This document shows, piece by piece, positions 18,641 to 24,504 of a stretch of 64,000 nucleotides of DNA (the stretch's first letter is position 1; each line of letters begins with the position of its first letter). Under the pieces are notes generated by a model. That model was not told where the DNA came from. It saw only the letters and a program-made list of their open reading frames with translations, and ran no database searches. This DNA comes from a virus. The translations under genes and the position numbers were made by a program. The stretch spans positions 1 through 64,000 of IMG/VR virus record IMGVR_UViG_3300046777_001606; one strand, written 5' to 3'.

Positions 18641-18650
18641 CATGTATACT
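18592..18650 (+). promoter_or_regulatory. early promoter cassette copy 6 (degenerate palindrome)
   Basis: TGTGCCACTA-GATC-ATGTGTCTAT; TTGACC (18622)-17-TATACT (18645). Confidence 0.75.
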
Positions 18651-18675
18651 ATACACAGTTACTCAAACGAAACTC

Positions 18676-18837
18676 ATGGTTTACGCGCAGAAGAACAAGT
18701 ATCGTATTACGCTCGAGCTCGATGTACTTGAAGACTTCAATCCACGCGATATCGATTGGGATAAACTCTTTGATCTAGGTGGTGATGAGCGGGTTAATGC
18801 TTATATCGAGGACCTGAACACTGATAGACTTTGGTGA
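18676..18837 (+). CDS. small acidic hypothetical protein
   Basis: ATG 18676 downstream of promoter. Confidence 0.7.
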   Translation: MVYAQKNKYRITLELDVLEDFNPRDIDWDKLFDLGGDERVNAYIEDLNTDRLW

Positions 18838-18874
18838 TCAATATTACCAAAAAATACTCAGGATATCAGTGTGA

Positions 18875-18934
18875 GTAGACAGTTTCGAAACTGACCACTA
18901 ACCCCTGGACAGGAGCGGCCGCAGGGGTTATATT
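18875..18934 (+). promoter_or_regulatory. early promoter cassette copy 7
   Basis: GTAGACAGTT-TCGA-AACTGACCAC; TGGACA-17-TATATT inside AACCCCTG..CAGGGGTT hairpin. Confidence 0.8.
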
Positions 18935-18962
18935 ACCTTCGTTGACGCAATTTCACCACCAA

Positions 18963-19151
18963 ATGTATACCTACACCGCAGAGGATGTGTTGCAGTCTCT
19001 CGCAATTGATTCTGATGTTTATGAGAATCAAGAGGAGTGGGATAAGCTAGATCGAGTGGTGGAACTTTTCAAGTTCGTGAAACAGAATGCTGCGGATGGG
19101 TTGGTAGATCTTACCGAACAGCAGCGTGATGTATACTGGGGTATGATCTGA
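18963..19151 (+). CDS. small acidic hypothetical protein
   Basis: ATG 18963 within ORF 18942..19151. Confidence 0.7.
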   Translation: MYTYTAEDVLQSLAIDSDVYENQEEWDKLDRVVELFKFVKQNAADGLVDLTEQQRDVYWGMI

Positions 19152-19179
19152 ATTCGTTACGTAAACCTTCTGGAGATTA

Positions 19180-19320
19180 ATGATCATGTGTGGTCCTGCT
19201 TTTGAATATACTCGGGAAGATTTCCTGAATGATGCTTCCCCTGAAGAATGGGATGCGTGGGAACAGAAAGCGGCTGAACTTGAGCTGCCTTTGGATTACT
19301 ATCTCGCGGAGTTCGTGTGA
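19180..19320 (+). CDS. small acidic protein (46 aa), KAAxLxxxxDYYxxEFV motif
   Basis: Hand translation MIMCGPAFEYTREDFLND...EQKAAELELPLDYYLAEFV*; GGAG RBS. Confidence 0.7.
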   Translation: MIMCGPAFEYTREDFLNDASPEEWDAWEQKAAELELPLDYYLAEFV

Positions 19321-19375
19321 CGGTCGAGAGAGTGGCACACACCCCCTTGCGGTTTGCCTGAATCCGTTCTACATT
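19316..19375 (+). promoter_or_regulatory. early promoter cassette copy 8
   Basis: TGTGACGGTC-GAGA-GAGTGGCACA; TTGCGG-17-TACATT. Confidence 0.8.
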
Positions 19376-19399
19376 ACATTCGTTCCTGAGAAACACACC

Positions 19400-19525
19400 A
19401 TGTTTGATGAACTCTGGTCCGAAATCCAAGACGCTCCTGGTGAGATTTTTGACCTCGACATTCCTGAACTTGAGAATGAAAAGTTCGATGTGAATGAGTA
19501 CCTGAACGCTAACTACGACTACTGA
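19400..19525 (+). CDS. very acidic 41-aa protein
   Basis: MFDELWSEIQDAPGEIFDLDIPELENEKFDVNEYLNANYDY. Confidence 0.7.
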   Translation: MFDELWSEIQDAPGEIFDLDIPELENEKFDVNEYLNANYDY

Positions 19526-19528
19526 ATC

Positions 19529-19678
19529 ATGGCAGAAGTTCTTGAACTGAATCAGGCAGACATTCGTGCTCTGTTGGATCTCATTGAGTTTCATGATGAT
19601 TGGGATGAAGTGAGTGAAATCGTGGGTGTAGATGTTGCTGCTCTTTATGATAAAATCTCTGCACTCGTGACCTACTGA
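19529..19678 (+). CDS. acidic 49-aa protein
   Basis: Hand translation MAEVLELNQADIRALLDLIEFHDDWDEVSEIVG...; TGATG overlap with next gene. Confidence 0.65.
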   Translation: MAEVLELNQADIRALLDLIEFHDDWDEVSEIVGVDVAALYDKISALVTY

Positions 19679-19872
19679 TGCAGTTCCAAATCACCGAAAT
19701 TGAGTTTGATTTTGATGATGAAGACCTCACAGATGATGAGCGTGATGACATCATTGGTGACACCGTTGGTCAAATCTGGGAGGCAGATGATGAGGAAGAC
19801 CTTGTAGAAGAAATCACCTGTGCTACAGGTTGGTGTATCAAATCCATTGATTATCGTCACATTCTGAACTGA
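19678..19872 (+). CDS. very acidic hypothetical protein
   Basis: ORF track; D/E-rich. Confidence 0.75.
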   Translation: MQFQITEIEFDFDDEDLTDDERDDIIGDTVGQIWEADDEEDLVEEITCATGWCIKSIDYRHILN

Positions 19873-19876
19873 AACC

Positions 19877-20092
19877 ATGACTCTTACTTCCCAACAACTT
19901 GACAAACTCGTTGAAAACTACGCCGAGCGTATTGTTGATGAGATGGACGTTAAGTGTTTGATTCAATTTGCGTATGATACGATTGTGGAAAATTTATCTC
20001 ACATGAATGAGGAAGATGTTCTCAATGAGATCGCCAATGTGTATGATGAAGATGTGATTCAAGAACTGGTGGAGAGTGTGACGGTTGAGTAA
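19877..20092 (+). CDS. acidic hypothetical protein
   Basis: ORF track; D/E-rich. Confidence 0.75.
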   Translation: MTLTSQQLDKLVENYAERIVDEMDVKCLIQFAYDTIVENLSHMNEEDVLNEIANVYDEDVIQELVESVTVE

Positions 20093-20136
20093 GTGGCACA
20101 AGGGGGGTTGCGACTCCCCTTTTTTCGTGCAATACT
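20077..20136 (+). promoter_or_regulatory. early promoter cassette copy 9 with hairpin/T-run
   Basis: TGTGACGGTT-GAGT-AAGTGGCACA; TTGCGA-17-AATACT. Confidence 0.8.
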
Positions 20137-20142
20137 AACAGT

Positions 20143-21039
20143 ATGAAAAACACACACCTCGAACACCCCGAAGATTCCATCCTGACGGGAGATCTTTCGT
20201 GCCTTGATTGGTTCACTGCTCCTGGTAAGTTGAGCGTTAAGGTAGACGGAGCTCCTGCAATTGTGTGGGGTATTGATCCTGCATGTGGCGAATTCTTCGT
20301 GGGCACTAAAGCAGTGTTCAACAAGAAAAAGATTCGTATTGCTCACAATCACGATGAGATTGATCAATTCTATCAAGGTGAAGTCGCAAACATTCTTCAC
20401 GCTTGTTTTGATTGGTTGCCTCGTTTCGAATGTATCTATCAAGGTGATTTTATTGGGTTTGGTGGTACTGATGAGTATACCCCTAATACGATCACTTATA
20501 AATTTCCTGAGGTAGTTTCTCAGAAAATTATCATCGCTCCTCATACTTGCTATTATGCAAAGAGCGATCTTCGTGATGCTGAAGCGTTCCCTGATCGTAG
20601 CATCTGGACTGATACTGAGACGGTGAAGTTCGTGCAACCTGATGCATACATCCTCTACAATCAGGAGTCCTTCGCTGATGTGAAAGAGGTTGTAGATTTC
20701 GCTCGTCAAATGTCTACTGCCTGTGAGTTCGTTTCTGATAAAGAAGCGGCAAAGATCAAACAGCAGATTAACGCTTGCATTCGTGCTGGTGAGCAGATCA
20801 AAGTGGAGGACTTTGATTGTGATGCTAACCTGATTCGTTTGTGGGCGCTTGTGAAGTCGATCAAAGATGATTGTCTGTTCCTGTGCCGTAACTACGGTCC
20901 TGCTGCTTACATCGGATACAACCGAATTGATGCTGAGGGTTATGTTCTCTCCAATGAGTTTGGTATGTTCAAACTGGTGAATCGTGAGGTCTTTGCTTAT
21001 CATAACTTCAACAGCGGGAGGTTCAACGTTGCAGCGTAG
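20143..21039 (+). CDS. ligase-like nucleotidyltransferase (MKNTHLEH type of T4-like phages)
   Basis: KVDG (motif I), YQGDF (III), EGYVL (IV), FKLV (V) of the ATP-dependent ligase/capping superfamily. Confidence 0.6.
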   Translation: MKNTHLEHPEDSILTGDLSCLDWFTAPGKLSVKVDGAPAIVWGIDPACGEFFVGTKAVFNKKKIRIAHNHDEIDQFYQGEVANILHACFDWLPRFECIYQGDFIGFGGTDEYTPNTITYKFPEVVSQKIIIAPHTCYYAKSDLRDAEAFPDRSIWTDTETVKFVQPDAYILYNQESFADVKEVVDFARQMSTACEFVSDKEAAKIKQQINACIRAGEQIKVEDFDCDANLIRLWALVKSIKDDCLFLCRNYGPAAYIGYNRIDAEGYVLSNEFGMFKLVNREVFAYHNFNSGRFNVAA

Positions 21040-21068
21040 GAGTTAGGTATACTCAGGTCGGCTGCCCA

Positions 21069-21127
21069 TGTGCCAGTCGCTGAACTGTCCACACCCCCTT
21101 GACTTTCGTTTCAATCCGCGCCATACT
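21069..21127 (+). promoter_or_regulatory. early promoter cassette copy 10
   Basis: TGTGCCAGTC-GCTG-AACTGTCCAC; TTGACT-17-CATACT. Confidence 0.85.
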
Positions 21128-21155
21128 ACGTTTGTTCAATCAATTTGTCGATCAA

Positions 21156-21908
21156 ATGACTTACAAAACTGACGGTTCTGTTCACCATGGTGGTGTGAAG
21201 AATGAGGACCTCACGGTTCGTATTCTGAATGAGAAAAAGATTTACTCTCACCCTGTAGAGAAGCGTGGTGGCACTAAAGTGAAAGAAGATGCCGTCGCTG
21301 GTTATCAACGTATCAGCATCAAGCGCAAGGAAGGTATCACTAACGGTTCCTTCGATTGGTTCAACACCAGCAGCTACAATGATGTGCTGGGTGATACTTT
21401 TACCCACTTTCTTTCTAACATGAAAGAGTTGCGGCAGATGCCTCAATCGCTGCGCTCTGATGAAGATTTTGTCCTGAAGATTCGGGATAGTTTCAATGCT
21501 CTCTGTGAGTTGGCGTTGGATAGTCTTACCTCCGATCAGGTTGTTGAGATCCTGAAGCGTGGTCTGATTGATGCTAACTCTGGTTTTGATGTTGTGATCA
21601 ACGACACCAAGACTTCGGAGATTTATGTGTTCTCTGCGGACCAACATCCTGCTCACGATTACATCGCCAAGGGTTACACTGCTATTCTCAAAGGCAATGG
21701 TAAATCGTCCCGTATGATCTACTTTGTAGATGCTGCTGGGAATGTGTATGATTGTGGTCTGCGTTTGCGGGTGACCAGCAACAACGGCATCAACGCTTTC
21801 CTGGGCACCAGTAAAGCAAACTCCAACAGTCAAGTTGTCATCAAACTGCAGCAGGATAAAGTGAAGCAACTCCTGCAGCAGATCGGCACCGAGGCGACCA
21901 GTTACTGA
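21156..21908 (+). CDS. PD-(D/E)xK restriction-endonuclease-like protein
   Basis: GVKNE...GGTKVKED...ISIK catalytic-like pattern; ATG 21156 downstream of promoter. Confidence 0.55.
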   Translation: MTYKTDGSVHHGGVKNEDLTVRILNEKKIYSHPVEKRGGTKVKEDAVAGYQRISIKRKEGITNGSFDWFNTSSYNDVLGDTFTHFLSNMKELRQMPQSLRSDEDFVLKIRDSFNALCELALDSLTSDQVVEILKRGLIDANSGFDVVINDTKTSEIYVFSADQHPAHDYIAKGYTAILKGNGKSSRMIYFVDAAGNVYDCGLRLRVTSNNGINAFLGTSKANSNSQVVIKLQQDKVKQLLQQIGTEATSY

Positions 21909-21954
21909 ACTGGCACACAGGGGGGCGACACTGCCCCCTCCGACCCCTTATACT
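21894..21954 (+). promoter_or_regulatory. early promoter cassette copy 11
   Basis: GCGACCAGTT-ACTG-AACTGGCACA; G/C hairpin; TATACT at 21949. Confidence 0.85.
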
Positions 21955-21976
21955 GACATCAGTTCAAAGGAACCCC

Positions 21977-22228
21977 ATGAAAGTCCAGCAAGTCGGCAGC
22001 AACCAAACCGAGGTGACCCTGGCTGACGGGACCTGCGTCCTGTTCTCCTATCAGACTCCCGTTGCCGCGATCGTCCCTGGCAAAGGATGGATGCGGACCG
22101 CTTACAAGTGGAGCGCCACCACCACCAAGCATGTCAACGCTTGGATCCGTAAGAATCGCGGCTCCTATGTGATCGATGAGGTCGCCAGTGTGCCACAGTG
22201 GGATCTGGACCAACTGGTGGCATTCTGA
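21977..22228 (+). CDS. conserved phage early protein (FSYQTPVAA...SATTTKHVN type)
   Basis: ORF track, downstream of promoter. Confidence 0.8.
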   Translation: MKVQQVGSNQTEVTLADGTCVLFSYQTPVAAIVPGKGWMRTAYKWSATTTKHVNAWIRKNRGSYVIDEVASVPQWDLDQLVAF

Positions 22229-22247
22229 CCTCCTGACCCTTTACAAT
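22189..22247 (+). promoter_or_regulatory. early promoter cassette copy 12 (degenerate)
   Basis: TGTGCCACAG-TGGG-ATCTGGACCA; TACAAT at 22242 (39-bp spacing kept). Confidence 0.6.
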
Positions 22248-22268
22248 ACTCTCAGTTCAATCGACACC

Positions 22269-22517
22269 ATGCTGAACTTCCTCCTGGATCACCTGCCCGT
22301 CTTCCTTAACGTAGACTGCCAGGGCAGCTCCGCTTGTGATGCCATCATCCTGTCGCCCCTGACCCGTACCGCGATCGTTAAGTGGCAGTCGGGCAGTGTG
22401 AGCGGGCATCCCTGCCGCCGCCGTGACATGCTGCCCCTGCTGTTCAACCGCGACCTGAGCCGTGGACAGTGGGCAAACCGCACCCTCCTGCAGGATCATC
22501 GGACGGTGACCCTGTAA
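22269..22517 (+). CDS. hypothetical early protein
   Basis: ATG 22269 within ORF 22176..22517. Confidence 0.7.
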   Translation: MLNFLLDHLPVFLNVDCQGSSACDAIILSPLTRTAIVKWQSGSVSGHPCRRRDMLPLLFNRDLSRGQWANRTLLQDHRTVTL

Positions 22518-22520
22518 AAT
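22462..22520 (+). promoter_or_regulatory. early promoter cassette copy 13 (degenerate)
   Basis: GTGGACAGTG-GGCA-AACCGCACCC; TAAAAT at 22515. Confidence 0.65.
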
Positions 22521-22544
22521 TATTCCATACCAAACGAACCGACC

Positions 22545-22721
22545 ATGACCTACGCTCAGATCACTGCCTCCGAACTCTCTGCCTCTGAGGCACGTTGTGC
22601 CATCTTTGACCTGGCAGACGACTTCTCCTGGGAGACCGTCGCCCGTGAGATGATCGCCCGCATGAGTGGCGATGAGGCACGGGAGTTTGTGGACGACTTC
22701 ATCCGCCTCTATGCCGATTGA
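22545..22721 (+). CDS. hypothetical early protein (58 aa)
   Basis: Hand translation MTYAQITASELSASEARCAIFDLADDFSWETVAREM...RLYAD*. Confidence 0.7.
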   Translation: MTYAQITASELSASEARCAIFDLADDFSWETVAREMIARMSGDEAREFVDDFIRLYAD

Positions 22722-22769
22722 GGCACTGGCACAAGGGGGGCTCTGACCCCCCACCCCTGGCTCTATACT
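22710..22769 (+). promoter_or_regulatory. early promoter cassette copy 14
   Basis: TATGCCGATT-GAGG-CACTGGCACA; G6/C6 hairpin; TATACT at 22764. Confidence 0.8.
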
Positions 22770-22793
22770 GATCTCAGTTCAAACAACGAACCC

Positions 22794-22970
22794 ATGCGCT
22801 ACAACCCCGCCACCGACCGCGCCATCTCCATCGATGAGATCGCTGAGCAGTGCCGCCGCGCTATTATGAAAGCCCACACCCCTGTGGAGGCTGCTATCGC
22901 TGCCCAACCGATCTACGATGAGGTTCTGACCTTCTCCCGTTGGGAGGATGATATGCTGGTGGCTGCCTGA
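22794..22970 (+). CDS. hypothetical early protein (58 aa), ends -LVAA
   Basis: Hand translation MRYNPATDRAISIDEIAEQCRRAIMKA...WEDDMLVAA*. Confidence 0.7.
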   Translation: MRYNPATDRAISIDEIAEQCRRAIMKAHTPVEAAIAAQPIYDEVLTFSRWEDDMLVAA

Positions 22971-23143
22971 TGCTCGCCATTCAACCCGCCAGCTGGGGCA
23001 ACCTTGACGAATGGGGTTGCCTCTGGGCTGAGACGATGGAGGAAGCCAAACGCGCTGCCCAATCCCTCCGCGAACCTGCTATGATATGGAAGGTTGGCGC
23101 CGCTGCTGCCTTCCCCCTGACCCTTCACCTTCCGATCCGATGA
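22970..23143 (+). CDS. hypothetical early protein (57 aa)
   Basis: Hand translation MLAIQPASWGNLDEWGCLWAETMEEAKRAA...; TGATG overlap. Confidence 0.55.
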   Translation: MLAIQPASWGNLDEWGCLWAETMEEAKRAAQSLREPAMIWKVGAAAAFPLTLHLPIR

Positions 23144-23280
23144 TCCGCTACGAAGTCCGTTACCAGGTCCCCTACAATGCCTGTGAGTGGCGCTCGCAAT
23201 GGTTCCCCACCTTGGCTGAAGCCGAGCGCATGATTGCCTTCTATCGCAGCTGTGGGTCGCCTGCTCACTTGGCTGCCTGA
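23140..23280 (+). CDS. hypothetical early protein (46 aa), ends -HLAA
   Basis: MIRYEVRYQVPYNACEWRSQWF...SPAHLAA; ATGA overlap. Confidence 0.7.
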   Translation: MIRYEVRYQVPYNACEWRSQWFPTLAEAERMIAFYRSCGSPAHLAA

Positions 23281-23342
23281 TACAATGGGAACGGGTGCGC
23301 CCTTAAAGACGCCCACCAAACCACACTGATACAAACGAACTC

Positions 23343-23486
23343 ATGACCAGCAACCTTGCCGTTTCCCTGCTCCGCCGTGGGCGCAATGGGGATGAGATCC
23401 TGCAGATCCTGGAGACGATCGCCAACGATGAGGCAGACGCAAACATCGCTGATGCCGCTGCCCACTTCGAAGCGATCCAATTCTGA
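23343..23486 (+). CDS. hypothetical early protein (47 aa)
   Basis: Hand translation MTSNLAVSLLRRGRNGDEILQILETI...EAIQF*. Confidence 0.65.
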   Translation: MTSNLAVSLLRRGRNGDEILQILETIANDEADANIADAAAHFEAIQF

Positions 23487-23532
23487 ATCTGACCACTGCC
23501 CCCCACGGTTCGCCGCTGGGGGGTCTTATACT
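23473..23532 (+). promoter_or_regulatory. early promoter cassette copy 15
   Basis: CGATCCAATT-CTGA-ATCTGACCAC; C6/G6 hairpin; TATACT at 23527. Confidence 0.7.
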
Positions 23533-23555
23533 ATGGGGACACAAGCAAACGACCC

Positions 23556-23723
23556 ATGACCCGCTACGACGTGATCTGCCCCTCCGCTCCCTGGGAGAAC
23601 ACCACCACCGATGAGGACCGTGCCTGGGACCTCTGCTACTCCCTGTCCGAGGAGTACGGTTACGCCCAGGTCCGCCACAATGAGACGGGCATCATCATCG
23701 GGGAGTACACCAACGGGCAGTGA
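23556..23723 (+). CDS. hypothetical early protein (55 aa)
   Basis: Hand translation MTRYDVICPSAPWENTTTDEDRAWDLCYSLSEEYGYAQVR... Confidence 0.7.
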   Translation: MTRYDVICPSAPWENTTTDEDRAWDLCYSLSEEYGYAQVRHNETGIIIGEYTNGQ

Positions 23724-23769
23724 GCCCCCCCGATCCGTGCTACAATTCTCTCAGTTCACCACCCGACCG

Positions 23770-23946
23770 ATGCGCCTCTCCCCCGCTACCCGCCTCACCG
23801 ATCGCCAGATGATCTGGGTGGCATACCGCAACGACGGCACCAACTTCAACCGCCTGACCCCTCCCTGGGGGACGACTGCTAGCATGTGGGCGGCACAGTT
23901 CGCTGAGCTCCATGCCGATGATGTGAAGGAGCCCACCTTCGGGTGA
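23770..23946 (+). CDS. hypothetical early protein (58 aa)
   Basis: ATG 23770 after TGCTACAAT extended -10. Confidence 0.65.
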   Translation: MRLSPATRLTDRQMIWVAYRNDGTNFNRLTPPWGTTASMWAAQFAELHADDVKEPTFG

Positions 23947-24005
23947 CCCTTCACCTGCTACAATATTCTCAACCACATCGCCCCGTGTCGATCACGGGTC
24001 ACCCC

Positions 24006-24215
24006 ATGTCCCCCATCCGCATCAAAGACGCTCGCCGCCAGCTGGACCGTTTGGATCTTGTCTGCCGTGAGGGCGGCAAGCATCGGGTTTACACCTGCCC
24101 CCGTCGCCCTGAGTTGCGCCTGACCCTACCCCATCGCGGCTCAGGTTCGCGTCCTACCCTGTCGATCGGCATGACCCACACCTTCCATAAGTTTGTGGAG
24201 GCAGTCGCTGCCTGA
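24006..24215 (+). CDS. HicA-like mRNA interferase (orphan), ends -AVAA
   Basis: IKDARRQL...EGGKHRVY.CP...LTLPHRG...LSIG matches HicA pattern G(S/K)H..Y.HP...VP.H...L..G; own TGCTACAAT -10. Confidence 0.6.
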   Translation: MSPIRIKDARRQLDRLDLVCREGGKHRVYTCPRRPELRLTLPHRGSGSRPTLSIGMTHTFHKFVEAVAA

Positions 24216-24330
24216 TTCGTTCGTGACCCTCTGAGGGCACAGAGGGCAGTTAATCCGCCGCGCCCCCCGTAAGGGCGGCGGGCCGTGTCGATCCCCGATA
24301 TATAAATCGCTAACTACCCTAACCTACAGA
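24216..24330 (+). other. GC-rich hairpin element at the early/late junction (terminator or ncRNA candidate)
   Basis: CCCTCTG-6-CAGAGGG and CCGCCG..CCC-GTAA-GGG-CGGCGG hairpins, then TATATAAA. Confidence 0.45.
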
Positions 24331-24339
24331 GGTGACAAA

Positions 24340-24480
24340 ATGCGAGAGAGATATCATAAAAATAAAAAAATTTCCGGAGGTGAAATAAACTTCATAGAGG
24401 AACTCAAATATATCTTTTTGTGCCTCAAAGAAACTCTAAAAATCCTTATATATAAAGGAAGTTACGAACCAAAAAAGTAA
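24340..24480 (+). CDS. possible small basic protein (46 aa)
   Basis: GAGGTG RBS; MRERYHKNKKISGG...EPKK*. Confidence 0.35.
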   Translation: MRERYHKNKKISGGEINFIEELKYIFLCLKETLKILIYKGSYEPKK

Positions 24481-24504
24481 CAAAAAATTCCGGCAAAATT
24501 TTTT

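Noticed and set aside
20059-21869. Minus-strand ORFs 20059..21003 and 21126..21869
   Set aside because: Codon-mirror shadows of the ligase-like and nuclease genes.
497-23532. Early palindrome as a CRP or NtcA site, or as integron attC
   Set aside because: Half-site spacing (TGTG-N16-CACA) does not fit CRP (TGTGA-N6-TCACA) or NtcA (GTA-N8-TAC); no RYYYAAC/GTTRRRY attC cores and no integrase in the window.
22176-23976. ORF-track calls in the GC-rich island (minus-strand ORFs, 23356..23559, extended 5' ends)
   Set aside because: High GC creates spurious frames; shorter + strand ORFs starting just after each -10 box fit better.
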